Numbered from the stretch's first letter, positions 45,422 through 54,870 are shown. The stretch: DNA of 64,000 nucleotides from Candidatus Aldehydirespirator sp. (GCA_965221605.1 CBDCSK010000006.1:757-64756), one strand, 5' to 3'. The notes: generated by a model not told the origin, from the sequence alone. A program made the numbers and translations.

Positions 45422-45429
45422 GGTATACA
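45422..45429 (+). promoter_or_regulatory. GGTATACA box upstream of the RidA-family gene
   Basis: TCGGTATACAGG, 31 nt upstream of ATG 45461, which has its own SD. Confidence 0.4.
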
Positions 45430-45460
45430 GGATTCGCAGCGGTTCACGGGAGGATCCGAC

Positions 45461-45928
45461 ATGTCCTACGAGCAGGCGGCCAGGGACGCCGGCGTCGACC
45501 TCGACATGACCCTGCTCAGAGCAGGCAACTTCGACACGGTGGCCCAGGTCCACGACGTGCTGTTCGTGTCGGGCTCCATCGCGCTCGCTCCCGGCGGGGG
45601 CGGCATCGACTACGTGGGCCGCCTCGGGGGCGACATGGACATCGAGACCGGCCAGGCCAGCGCACGGGGCGCGGCCGAGGCCATCCTGGCGTCCGTGCAC
45701 CAGCATCTGGGCAGCCTCGACGAGGTGCTGCGGGTGGTGCGCCTCACCGGCTACGTGGCCAGCGACCCGGGCTTCAACGCTCAGCCAGCGGTCATCAACG
45801 GGGCCAGCGACCTGATGATCGAGGTGTTCGGCGACGCCGGGCGCCATGCCCGCTCCGCCATCGGCGTGGCCGAACTGCCCCTCGGCGCCTCGGTCGAGGT
45901 CGAGGCCATCTTCCAGATCAAGCACTGA
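45461..45928 (+). CDS. RidA/YjgF/L-PSP family protein
   Basis: FVSGSIAL...ARGAAEAILASVHQHLGSLDEVLRVVRLTGYV...RSAIGVAELPLGASVEVEAIF. GGGAGGA SD upstream. Confidence 0.75.
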   Translation: MSYEQAARDAGVDLDMTLLRAGNFDTVAQVHDVLFVSGSIALAPGGGGIDYVGRLGGDMDIETGQASARGAAEAILASVHQHLGSLDEVLRVVRLTGYVASDPGFNAQPAVINGASDLMIEVFGDAGRHARSAIGVAELPLGASVEVEAIFQIKH

Positions 45929-45992
45929 CCCGTCTGTCCACCGGTCCTACCGGACCCACGATCAACCCCCCAACCAACCCCAGGAGCAATCC

Positions 45993-46421
45993 ATGAACAC
46001 CATGAACGTCGAGACCCTCACCCTCGAGGGAGCCAAGCTCGCCGCCGACGTGGCCCTGTCAACCGCCGACGACGAAGGCCTGGCCGTGTGCGTGGCCGTG
46101 GTGAACGGCACCGGCAACCTGGTGCTGGTGCACCGTATGGACAACGTGGTGGAGATCGCCCTCGAGAACGCCATCGCCAAGGCCGTGGCCGCGCTGACGT
46201 TCAAGCGCGACACCGGGACGCTGTCGGACTACTTCCAGACGGACAACTCGCTCGGCCCGCCCATGACGGCACGCCACCACATCCTGGCCGTGGAGGGCGG
46301 CGAGCCGCTGACGACCTCGGGCGGCACCGTCGTGGGTGCGTTGGGCATCTCCGGCGCCAAGCACGCCGAGGACGTGGTGTGCTCCAAGGCCGCGGCCGAG
46401 GCCTTCACCGCAGCCACCTAG
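45993..46421 (+). CDS. GlcG/HbpS-like (DUF336) heme-binding protein
   Basis: AVCVAVVNGTGNLVLVHRMDN...GALGISGAKHAEDVVCSKAAAEAF. CAGGAG SD upstream of ATG 45993. Confidence 0.7.
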   Translation: MNTMNVETLTLEGAKLAADVALSTADDEGLAVCVAVVNGTGNLVLVHRMDNVVEIALENAIAKAVAALTFKRDTGTLSDYFQTDNSLGPPMTARHHILAVEGGEPLTTSGGTVVGALGISGAKHAEDVVCSKAAAEAFTAAT

Positions 46422-46448
46422 AGGCCGAGCGAGCAAGGAGGGGTTCCG

Positions 46449-46817
46449 ATGGCAGAAGACCATCACGACCACGACCACGGCGAGCACGCCAACCCGATCC
46501 TCAAGGACCTGCCCGAGGGGTCGTTCGCCTTCCACTACACGCTGCAGGCCAAGCCGGGCCGGGCCCAGGACTTCATCGACTCCTTCGAGGCCTGGGACCA
46601 CAGCGACCAGAACATCGTCCACACCACGCCGGGCATCGTGCACGAGGGCGTGCTGTACCAGAGCGAGGACGACCCCGAGCGGTTCTACCTCATCGGCACC
46701 TGGAACAACCGCGAGAACCACCGCAACGTGGTGGCCCGGCTCATCGAGCAGCGCCCAGAGTGGATGGACATGCTCACCGAGGACATAGTCCCCGAGTACT
46801 GCGCCATCATCGGCTGA
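46449..46817 (+). CDS. antibiotic biosynthesis monooxygenase (ABM)-like protein
   Basis: 122 aa. FHYTLQAKPGRAQDFIDSFEAWD...RFYLIGTWNNRENHRNVV fits the ABM ferredoxin-like layout. His-rich N-terminus (DHHDHDHGEH). Confidence 0.55.
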   Translation: MAEDHHDHDHGEHANPILKDLPEGSFAFHYTLQAKPGRAQDFIDSFEAWDHSDQNIVHTTPGIVHEGVLYQSEDDPERFYLIGTWNNRENHRNVVARLIEQRPEWMDMLTEDIVPEYCAIIG

Positions 46818-46937
46818 GAACAGAACTCCGGCCGCCCGGTCGCCGCTCAACCGACCTGTCGCCACTGACCGCCGCTGCGGCCACAAGGCAGCGATCCGGG
46901 GGACCCCACGGAGGGAGGTCACCCTCGAGCTCCACGC

Positions 46938-46957
46938 GTAGCACCATGCGCTACACT
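46938..46957 (+). promoter_or_regulatory. inverted repeat GTAGC-N7-GCTAC overlapping a TACACT -10-like hexamer upstream of the antitoxin gene
   Basis: GTAGC at 46938-46942, GCTAC at 46950-46954, TACACT at 46952-46957, 8 nt before ATG 46966. This geometry is typical of autoregulated TA operators. Confidence 0.45.
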
Positions 46958-46965
46958 CATGGCTC

Positions 46966-47220
46966 ATGAGTGCTGAGATCAGCCAGCGAGAACTTCGAAA
47001 CGACAGCGGGCGCATCATGCGCGCCCTCATCGAAGGTGAGACCTTCATCGTCACTCGCAACGGGGAGCCGATCGGCGAACTCACCCCGCTCCGCCGCCAC
47101 CGATTCGTACGGTCCGAAGCCGCCATCGAACTCTTCCGAACCGCACAACCCGTCGACTTCGACCGACTCCGCCGCGACCTCGACCGAGTCGCCGACCAGA
47201 CGATCACCCCCAGTGTCTAG
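46966..47220 (+). CDS. type II antitoxin, Phd/YefM family
   Basis: ISQRELRNDSGRIMRALIEGETFIVTRNGEPIGELTP is the canonical Phd/YefM N-terminus. 84 aa. It overlaps the PIN gene by 8 nt. Confidence 0.8.
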   Translation: MSAEISQRELRNDSGRIMRALIEGETFIVTRNGEPIGELTPLRRHRFVRSEAAIELFRTAQPVDFDRLRRDLDRVADQTITPSV

Positions 47221-47626
47221 CGACGACCGGGCCGAACGCGGCCTGCTGGACACCTCGGTCATCATCGACCTCGAAACCATTCCCGCCGCCTCCCTTCCCA
47301 TCGAGGTGGCCATCAGCACCATCACACTCGCGGAACTTGCCGCAGGCCCCCACGCAACCGACGACCCGACCGAGCGCAGCCGCCGCCAAGATCGACTCCA
47401 ACGAACCGAAGCCGCCTTCGACCCCCTCCCCTTCGACGCCGAGGCCGCCCGCGCCTACGGCCTCGTCTTCTCTGCAGTCGTCCACGCCGGACGCAAGCCC
47501 CGCGGCGCACGAGCAGTCGACCTGCTCATCGCCGCCACCGCCGTCGCCGCGAGCCTCCCGCTCTACACACGCAACCCCGACGACCTCCAGTCCCTCGACG
47601 ACCTCCTCGAAGTCATCTCAGTCTGA
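47213..47626 (+). CDS. vapC: type II toxin, PIN domain (VapC family)
   Basis: LLDTSVIIDL (first acidic residue), TLAELAAG, DLLIAATAVAASLPLYTRNPDDL. GTG 47213 lies inside track ORF 46970..47626. Confidence 0.8.
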   Translation: MSSDDRAERGLLDTSVIIDLETIPAASLPIEVAISTITLAELAAGPHATDDPTERSRRQDRLQRTEAAFDPLPFDAEAARAYGLVFSAVVHAGRKPRGARAVDLLIAATAVAASLPLYTRNPDDLQSLDDLLEVISV

Positions 47627-47720
47627 CGCAGCGTGGACCGACGGGTGGGTCGAAGCGTGCGGCCCAAGAAGGCTGCCCGACCCGAAGTCCGTCGGCACCC
47701 CCGGAGTAGCCTTGAGCACA

Positions 47721-47909
47721 ATGTCACTGCGCGAGACGATCGAGAGGATTCGCTCGAACCCCGTTCCACCGAACGAGGAAACGGCGAAGGTCCAAGTCTT
47801 GGTACCGATCCTGCGTGATCTCGGCTGGGATCCGTTCGGGCCGGAGGTTCTCTGGCTGGAAGCGTTCGGGCATAACGAATCCGACCTCGAGTACTTGTAC
47901 GAAGGCTGA
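47721..47909 (+). pseudogene. remnant of a restriction-enzyme HsdR N-terminal-domain protein (62 codons only)
   Basis: NEETAKVQVLVPILRDLGWDPFGPEV resembles the nEa.tr..lI.PlL..LGW motif of HsdR_N-domain proteins. Similarity ends after ~45 aa and the ORF stops 6 nt before the IOR start. G+C is visibly lower than in the neighbours. Confidence 0.4.
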
Positions 47910-47915
47910 GCCGTA

Positions 47916-50900
47916 GTGTCGGTTGACCCGCCGGAGATGTCGACGCTCCAGGATTTCGATCTTGATCAGAAGTTCACGCTGGAACGGGGGCCGGTGCTGG
48001 TCACCGGGATCCAGGCGCTGGTGCGGCTTCCCATCGACCAGCACCGGGCCGACGCGGCCCGGGGCCTGCGCACGGCCACCTTCATCTCGGGCTACCAGGG
48101 GTCGCCGCTGGGCACCGTCGACCTCACCATCGAGCGCAACATGGACCTGCTGACGGCCCACGACGTGGTGTGGGTACCGGGCGTGAACGAGGAGCTGGCC
48201 GCCACCGCGGTGTGGGGCAGCCAGGAGCCGCTGCTCGGCCCGCTGGCCCGCCACGACGGCGTGGTGGGCATGTGGTACGGCAAGGGCCCGGGCGTCGACC
48301 GCTGCGGCGACGTGTTCAAACACGCCAACTTCAAGGGCACCGCCCCCAACGGCGGTGTGCTGGCGCTGGCCGGCGACGACCCGATGGCCAAGTCGTCGAC
48401 GCTGCCGACCCAGGTGGAGCCTGCCTTCTACGACGCCCAGATCCCCATCCTGTACCCCGGCACGATGCAGGAGGTCATCGATCTCGGGCTGCACGGCATC
48501 GCTCTGTCGAGGTACTCCGGGCTGTGGACCGCGTTCAAGATCGTCACCACCGTCGCCGACGGGTTCGGCGTCGCCGAGGTAGCGCCCGACCGGGTGGTTC
48601 CCGTCGACCCCGGATTGGAGATCGACGGCATGCCGTGGCGCCATGTGCAGCGGCCCGGCCTGGTGACGCCCCTGAGCCTGGAGCAGGAGAAGGACATCGC
48701 CTACGGGCGGCTCGAAGCGGCCATCGCCTATGCCGCGGCCAACGGCCTCAACGAGATCAGCGGGTCGACCGGGGCTGCCCGGCTGGGAATCGCGGCCGCG
48801 GGCCGCACATTCGAAGAACTGCGCCAGGCCCTCAGCGATCTCGGCCTCGACGACGAGGCTCTGCGCCACTTCGGGATCCGGCTGCTGCGGTTGGGGATGG
48901 TCTGGCCGGTGGAGCCCGAGATCGTGCGACGCTTCGCCCGGGGGCTCGACGAGATCCTGGTGCTGGACGAGAAGCGGGCCTTCATCGAACTCTTCGTGCG
49001 CGACATCCTCTACGGCCGGGCCGGCGCGCCCCGGGTGGTGGGCAAGACCGACGAGCGGGGCCGCCGGCTGGTGCCCGCCGACGGTGAACTGGGCGCCGAC
49101 CGGATCGCGGTCGTCGTGGCTGAACGGCTCCGCTCCGGAGTACTGGGGGGCGAGGTGGGAGCCCTGCCGGTGGCGGTCGAGGCCCGCCTGGCCCTGATCG
49201 AGGCTGCCGCCAGGGCCGGTGAGGCCGAGGTGGCCCGGACCCCGTACTGGTGCAGCGGATGTCCCCACAACCGCTCGACCGTGGCACCCGAGGGCTCGTT
49301 CGTGGGTGCGGGGGTGGGCTGCCACGCCATGGCCCTGTGGATCGACGACCGGGCCCAGATCGTTCACCAGATGGGCGGCGAGGGCGCCACCTGGATCGGC
49401 CGGGCCCCGTTCACCGAGCGGCCCCACATCTTCCAGAACGTCGGCGACGGACCGTTCTTCCACTCCGCCAGGCCTGGCGGTGCGGGCCGCGGTGGCCGCC
49501 GGCGTCGACATCACCTACAAGATCCTCTACAACGGCGCGGTCGCCATGACCGGGGGACAGGACGTGGCCGGCGCCATCGGCGTGGCCGAGCTGACCCAGG
49601 CGATGGCCGCCGAGGGCGTGACTCGCGTCATCGTGTGCAGCGACGACCCCGACCGCCACACAAGCGGCGCCCCGCTGGCCGAGGGCACCGACGTCTGGGG
49701 GCGGGACCGCCTCGACGAGGCCCAGCTCGCCCTGCGGGACACGCCCGGCGTGACGGTGCTGGTCTATGACCAGCAGTGCGCGGCCGAGAAGCGCCGGGAG
49801 CGCAAGCGAGGCCTGCGCCCCACCCCGACCAAGCGCATCTTCATCAACGAGGCCGTGTGCGAGGGATGCGGCGACTGCGGAGCCAAGAGCCACTGCCTGT
49901 CGGTGCAGCCGGTCGACACCGAGCTGGGAACCAAGACCCGCATACACCAGTCGTCCTGCAACTTCGACTACACGTGCATCGAGGGCGACTGCCCGTCGTT
50001 CATCCGGGTCAAGACCCGGCCCGGCACGAGCAGAGCCGGCGCGGCGGTAGCCGCCAGCGGGGGGCGAGCCGCGCCGAGCGCGCCCCCCCGCCGACATCGC
50101 CGAGCCCGACCGGCCCGTGCCCGGTCCCGACGGGTATGCGGTGTTCATGGCGGGCGGTGGGCGGCACCGGGGTGGTCACGGTCAGCCAGGTGCTGGCCAC
50201 CGCAGCACTGCTCGACGGCCTGGGTGTGATCGGCCTGGACCAGACCGGGCTCAGCCAGAAGGGCGGGCCGGTCGTCTCGCACCTGCGCTTCTTCGACGGC
50301 GAGGCCACCGGCGCGAACCTCATCGGAGCGGGCGGCACCGACTGCTACCTGGGCCTGGACCTGCTGGTGGCAGCCGACCCCAAGAACCTGGCCAAGGCCG
50401 GCAGCGATCGCACACTGGCCGTGGTGTCGACCAGCAAACTGCCCACCGGCGACATGGTCGCCCATACCGAAGAGGCCTATCCCGACATCGATCAGATGCT
50501 GTCGACCATCGACGGCGCCACCCGGGCCGGCGCCGGCGTCCGTCTCGACGCCGACCGCATGGCCGACGCCCTGCTGGGACCGGCCATGCCCGCCAATGTG
50601 CTGGTGCTGGGGGCCGCGTACCAGGCCGGTGGGATTCCGGTGGCGGCCGCCTCCATCGAGCGGGCCATCGAGCTCAACGGGGTGGCGGTCGCGGCCAACA
50701 TCGCCGCCTTCCGGTGGGGGTCGGGTGTACGTGCGCGACGGCATCGACGGGCTGGTCAGCCTGGCCGGGGGTGGGCGCCGCGGCCGTTCCGGCCGAGACC
50801 GAGACGGCCGCCGACGGCCTGGGGCTGGACTCCGTCGGAGCCAGGGACAAGGCAGCCGCCCGGTCAATGGTGGAGCGCTCGGGCCTGGCCGCGATCGGCG

Positions 50901-51565
50901 GCGACGGCGGCACGGCCCTGGTGGACACCGTGGAGCGACGGGCCGCCGACCTGGTCGACTTCCAGTCGCGGCAGTTGGCGTCGCAGTACATCGACTTCGT
51001 GGACGCGGCATCGGCCCGAGAGCGCGAGGTGATGGGAGACCGGACCGAGCTGGCCGAAGCGGTGGCCCAATATCTGTACAAGCTGACGGCCTACAAGGAC
51101 GAGTACGAGGTGGCCCGTCTGCACCTGCGGCCCGGTGTGGGCGACGCCATGCGGGGCGCGGTGGGCGACTTCTCCGGCTATCGCATCCTGCTGCACCCTC
51201 CGGTGCTGCGGGCCATGGGGCTGAAGCGCAAGATCTCGCTGGGACCGTTCCAGCAGCCGGCGCTCGCAGTGTTGAAGGGGCTGCGCCGGCTGCGGGGCAC
51301 TCCCTTCGACGTGTTCGGCTACGCCGGGGTCCGCCAGGTCGAGCGGCAGCTGATCGCAGAGTACCGGGCGCTCATGGAGGCCGAGCTGGACGCCCTGACC
51401 CCGCACACCTACGACAGGGCGCTGAAGCTGGCCCGGCTCCCCGACATGATCAGGGGTTACGAGGACGTCAAGCTGGCCAACGTGGACCGCTTCCGGGAGC
51501 AGGTGCGAGCCATCCTCAGCGGAGACACCCAGCCGGTGGCGCTCACTGCCAAACCGGCCGGCTAA
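47916..51565 (+). pseudogene. indolepyruvate:ferredoxin oxidoreductase family protein (fused IorA-IorB type) interrupted by five +1 frameshifts
   Basis: Homology runs through track ORFs 47916.., 49219.., 50117.., 49776.., 50596.. and 50117... The path is GPVLVTGIQALVRLP...[12 protein letters not shown] | [30 protein letters not shown]...[13 protein letters not shown]...CPSFIRV | [24 protein letters not shown] | [21 protein letters not shown]...AFRWG | RVYVRDGIDGLVSLAG | VGAAAVPAE...YEDVKLANVDRF. The length of 3650 nt equals 3n+5. Confidence 0.85.
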
Positions 51566-51579
51566 CAGCGATCACCGAC

Positions 51580-52797
51580 ATGGCCGACGCTGAAGCGGCG
51601 CCCGGGCCGGGCCCCGGCGCGGCGCCCGTCCAGGCGGTGGCGGCCTCGGTGGCCTGCGTCACCGCCAGCGTGATGCCCGGCTTCCTGGCCGGCGCGCTCG
51701 GCAGCGACATCAAGGCCGAGTTCGGCATCGGTGACACCGGGCTCGGTGTGGCGCTGGCACTCACCTACATCGTCGCGGCGGTGGCCATCCTCCACGCCGG
51801 CGAGCTCTCCGACCGGATCGGCTCCCGCCGCAGCCTGCTGATCTCGATGGTGGTCACGATGGCCGGCTACCTGGTGGTGGCCTTCGTGGCCCGATCGTTC
51901 GCGACGCTGCTGGTGGGGCTGACGGTGGCCGGGGCGGGACTGACGCTGGCCGGACCGGCCGCCAAGGTGCTGGTAGCCGACCATGTGTCGCCGCAGCGTC
52001 AAGGCCTGGCCTTCGGGGTGCACATGTCGGCGATCCCGCTGGGGCCCCTGCTGGCCGGGCTCACGGTTCCGGTAGTGGGCGGCACCGACGGATGGCGATG
52101 GCCGTTCCTCGGCGGAGCCGTCCTGGCCGGGATCGGGATACTGCTGGTGCCACGCGAGCGCTCGACGGCGACAGCGGCGACCCGGACCGCCAAGGATCCG
52201 GCCGCGGGCCGCTTCGCGCACGTGAGGGTGGGACCCCTGTTCGTGTTCGCGGCGGCCGCCATGCTGGCCTCCTGCTCGGTCGTGGCCGCGGCCGCGTTCT
52301 TCGTGGTCAACAGCGAGAACGCAGGGATCTCCGAGAGCACCGCCGGACTGCTGCTCTCAGTCGCCAGCGCCGGAGTGATGACGGTGCGCATCGCGCTGGG
52401 CGCCCTTGCCGACCGTGTCCGGACGGGCGCGGTCAGCACGGTCGCGGTGCTGCTGACGGCCAGCGCGGCCGGTTACGCGCTGATGGCCGCCAACACGCCG
52501 TGGCTCTACGCGCTCGGCGGGCAGGTAGCCATCATCCTGGGGTGGTCGTGGCCGGGGCTGATGGTGCTGGCGCTCGTGCGGATATACCCCGAAGCACCCG
52601 GGCTGGCCTCCTCGTTCGTCATCGGGGGCCTCAACCTGGGTGCGGTGGTCGGGCCGGTGGCCTTCGGGGCGATCAGCGACGCGGCGTCGTCGACGGTCGC
52701 GCTGGCGGTGGCCGCGGCCTGGGTCCTGGGAGCAGTCGTGCTCAGTCTGGCGAGCCGGCTCCGTCTCGACAGCAGCCGATCCCCGTCACCGGTCTAG
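51580..52797 (+). CDS. MFS transporter (paralog 3 of the 33864/35066 family)
   Basis: Hydrophobic, about 12 TM. ELSDRIGSRRSL loop, GWRWPFLGG, GGLNLGAVVGPVAFGAIS. Start ATG 51580 lies inside track ORF 50596..52797. Confidence 0.8.
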   Translation: MADAEAAPGPGPGAAPVQAVAASVACVTASVMPGFLAGALGSDIKAEFGIGDTGLGVALALTYIVAAVAILHAGELSDRIGSRRSLLISMVVTMAGYLVVAFVARSFATLLVGLTVAGAGLTLAGPAAKVLVADHVSPQRQGLAFGVHMSAIPLGPLLAGLTVPVVGGTDGWRWPFLGGAVLAGIGILLVPRERSTATAATRTAKDPAAGRFAHVRVGPLFVFAAAAMLASCSVVAAAAFFVVNSENAGISESTAGLLLSVASAGVMTVRIALGALADRVRTGAVSTVAVLLTASAAGYALMAANTPWLYALGGQVAIILGWSWPGLMVLALVRIYPEAPGLASSFVIGGLNLGAVVGPVAFGAISDAASSTVALAVAAAWVLGAVVLSLASRLRLDSSRSPSPV

Positions 52798-53964
52798 ATC
52801 ACTCACGACGTCGGAGTCGTCCCAGGCCGGGTCGTCGCCGTCGGACAGGTTCACGGCGGTCTCCCGCCCAGACCCCTGGATGCCCCGGGCGTTGCGCTCG
52901 CAGTGGGACCGCCACACGGTGATGGACCTGTCGGGGCGGAACAACCGCTCCGGGGGGATGCGGACCTGCTCGATCATCTGCTGGTCCTGCCGATTGAACT
53001 GCCACATGTACGCCCACCGGATGTACAGCCAGAACCGCAGCCCGAACAGCGCGGCCTTGAGACCCCTGGCGTGGGAGACCGCGAACATGAAAGAGAGGTG
53101 GGCGCCGTCGGCGGTCCCCATGAACACCTCGTAGGCCGTCCAGTCGGGCCACTGGATGCGCACCCAGCCGGGGAGGCGGACAGAGCCGCGGACGACCACG
53201 TTGCGCTGCCACGGGCGGAAGCCGTGGGGCCACCGGCCCAGCCCGGGATAGTCGACCTGCTCGACCACATCGTCGACCGTGCGGACCAGCCAATCGCCCT
53301 CCTGCTCGACGTGGACGACCCGGTACGCGGGCTTGCGCCGGATCCACGTCCACACGACGCCGCGGTGCAGGTAGGTGGAGTGACCCTCGTCGAACCCGTT
53401 CTCGACCGCGTAGCGCCAGTCGCCCTTCCTGGTGCGGAGCCAGCCCCGCACCTTGACTCCCGGCTGGAAGAAGTCATCGGGCACGTCCGCTTCGACGGGC
53501 GGCGGCTCGCCGTCGCCGACGTAGACGAAGACCACGCCGCCGTGCTCCTCGACCGGGTAGGTCCGCACCCGCACGCTCCTGTTCCCGACGATGGGCGAGT
53601 CCGGGCCGTCGACCAGGGCGGCCCTCAGGTTGCCGTCGGCCAGGTCGTAGGTCCATCCGTGGTAGGGGCACGAGATCGTGCCCGGGAACCAGCACTTGCC
53701 CATCGACAGGGGCACACCGCGGTGCAGGCACCGGTCGTTGAGGGCGAAGGCCCTGCCCTCATGGCGGATCAGGAACAGCCGCTCCCCGCAGATCGTCACC
53801 GGCACCGGCTTGCGGCCGATGCGCTTGGAGAAGGCGACCGGGTACCAGTAGTTCTGCAAGCCCTCCGATGCGTCCCGGTAGCGAGGCCACCGCTTGTAGG
53901 CGTGGTCCCCGCTCGCCGAGTACCGCGCCTCCCGGGAATTGCCGCCCGACGCCATCGCCGCCAT
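52786..53964 (-). CDS. Rieske 2Fe-2S domain oxygenase
   Basis: CLHRGVPLSMGKCWFPGTISCPYHGWTY is a CxH...CxxH motif. Start set to ATG 53964 inside track ORF 52786..54072. Confidence 0.8.
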   Translation of the reverse strand: MAAMASGGNSREARYSASGDHAYKRWPRYRDASEGLQNYWYPVAFSKRIGRKPVPVTICGERLFLIRHEGRAFALNDRCLHRGVPLSMGKCWFPGTISCPYHGWTYDLADGNLRAALVDGPDSPIVGNRSVRVRTYPVEEHGGVVFVYVGDGEPPPVEADVPDDFFQPGVKVRGWLRTRKGDWRYAVENGFDEGHSTYLHRGVVWTWIRRKPAYRVVHVEQEGDWLVRTVDDVVEQVDYPGLGRWPHGFRPWQRNVVVRGSVRLPGWVRIQWPDWTAYEVFMGTADGAHLSFMFAVSHARGLKAALFGLRFWLYIRWAYMWQFNRQDQQMIEQVRIPPERLFRPDRSITVWRSHCERNARGIQGSGRETAVNLSDGDDPAWDDSDVVSDLDR

Positions 53965-53993
53965 CTTTGCACCTGCACCCACTCCGGCTCGCT

Positions 53994-54533
53994 TCAGGCG
54001 ATATGGCGCCGAACGTACTCGTCGAACATGGGCACGGTGAAGGCGATCACGTCGTGGCGGGGCGAGTAGCACAGTCCTCGCTGGATCAACGAGTGGCGCA
54101 CCGGGCCCACTTGGGTGGTCTTGCGACCCAGCGCCTCGGCCACCTCGCCGGAGCGATGTGGGCCGGGTCCCATCGCGGCCATCGCCGACAGGTAGTCCCG
54201 CTGGGCGTCGGTGGCGCGATCCATGCGGACCCGGAAGAATCCGGCATCAAGTTCCGTCTGCGCCAGTGGGACCGCGTCGAGCACATCCTGTCGGATAATG
54301 CGGTCGGGGCCCTCGGACACACGCCAGGCCTGCTTGCCGAACTCCTGCAGAAAGTACGGGTAGCCCTTGGTGAGCGAGACCACCTCCTCTATCGCGTCTG
54401 CATCCCAACTGACACCCTCGGCCGAGGCCGGCTCAACGAGCGCTCTAGCCGCCGCAGCGTCATCAAGGCTGTTGATGTCAACGAAGCCGAATAGGCGCTC
54501 GGCGTAGAACTGCAGCTTATAGGGTTCTGCGGT
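53994..54533 (-). pseudogene. C-terminal fragment of an ORC/Arch_ATPase-like ATP-binding protein (AAA domain missing)
   Basis: FYAERLFGFVDINSLDDAAAARALVEPASAEGVSWDADAIEEVVSLTKGYPYFLQEFG plus a winged-helix-like tail (DYLSAMAAMG...LIQRGLCYSPRHDVIAFTVPMFDEYV). The frame is open back to an in-frame TAG at 54570-54572 with no ATG. Similarity begins at an AT-rich palindrome. The only start candidate, GTG 54383, would give 129 aa. Confidence 0.55.
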
Positions 54534-54534
54534 C

Positions 54535-54557
54535 TTTATAGAAGATCTGTCTATAAA
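54535..54557. repeat. AT-rich palindrome TTTATAGA-N7-TCTATAAA at the truncation point of the ATPase fragment
   Basis: tttataga (54535-54542), agatctg, tctataaa (54550-54557). The 8-bp arms are perfect, in otherwise G+C-rich DNA. Confidence 0.8.
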
Positions 54558-54870
54558 TCGCGCAGATTGCTATCAATAGAGCTGCACTCGACCGGAGGGC
54601 CGGGCCAGAACCCTAACCAGCAGGAGCACAAGATAGGAAGTCGCGCAGGACTGTCAACTGTCGGCATCACGATCGTCAACCGGTGACGCTGCCATGATCG
54701 ACTGGAGCCGCTCACACTGCTCCACGATCCACTGTGCCGCCTCGGACCATCCGTCTTCGTCTTCGCGCGTCCAGGGCCGCATAATCCGTAGCCGGTCAAG
54801 ATCCTCCACCAGCGCAGCGACCACCGCTGCGAGGGCGGCTGATTCGGACCAGCCGCCGTAGTGTGGCTAC

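Noticed and set aside
46966-47909. Prophage or integrative element around the TA module
   Set aside because: There is no integrase, transposase, tRNA attachment site or flanking direct repeats that I could see. Only a TA pair and a gene stub are present, so it is reported merely as a possible remnant.
47724-49514. 596-aa minus-strand ORF
   Set aside because: It is antisense to the first frame segment of the IOR gene. It is G/A/R/P/H-rich with no motifs.
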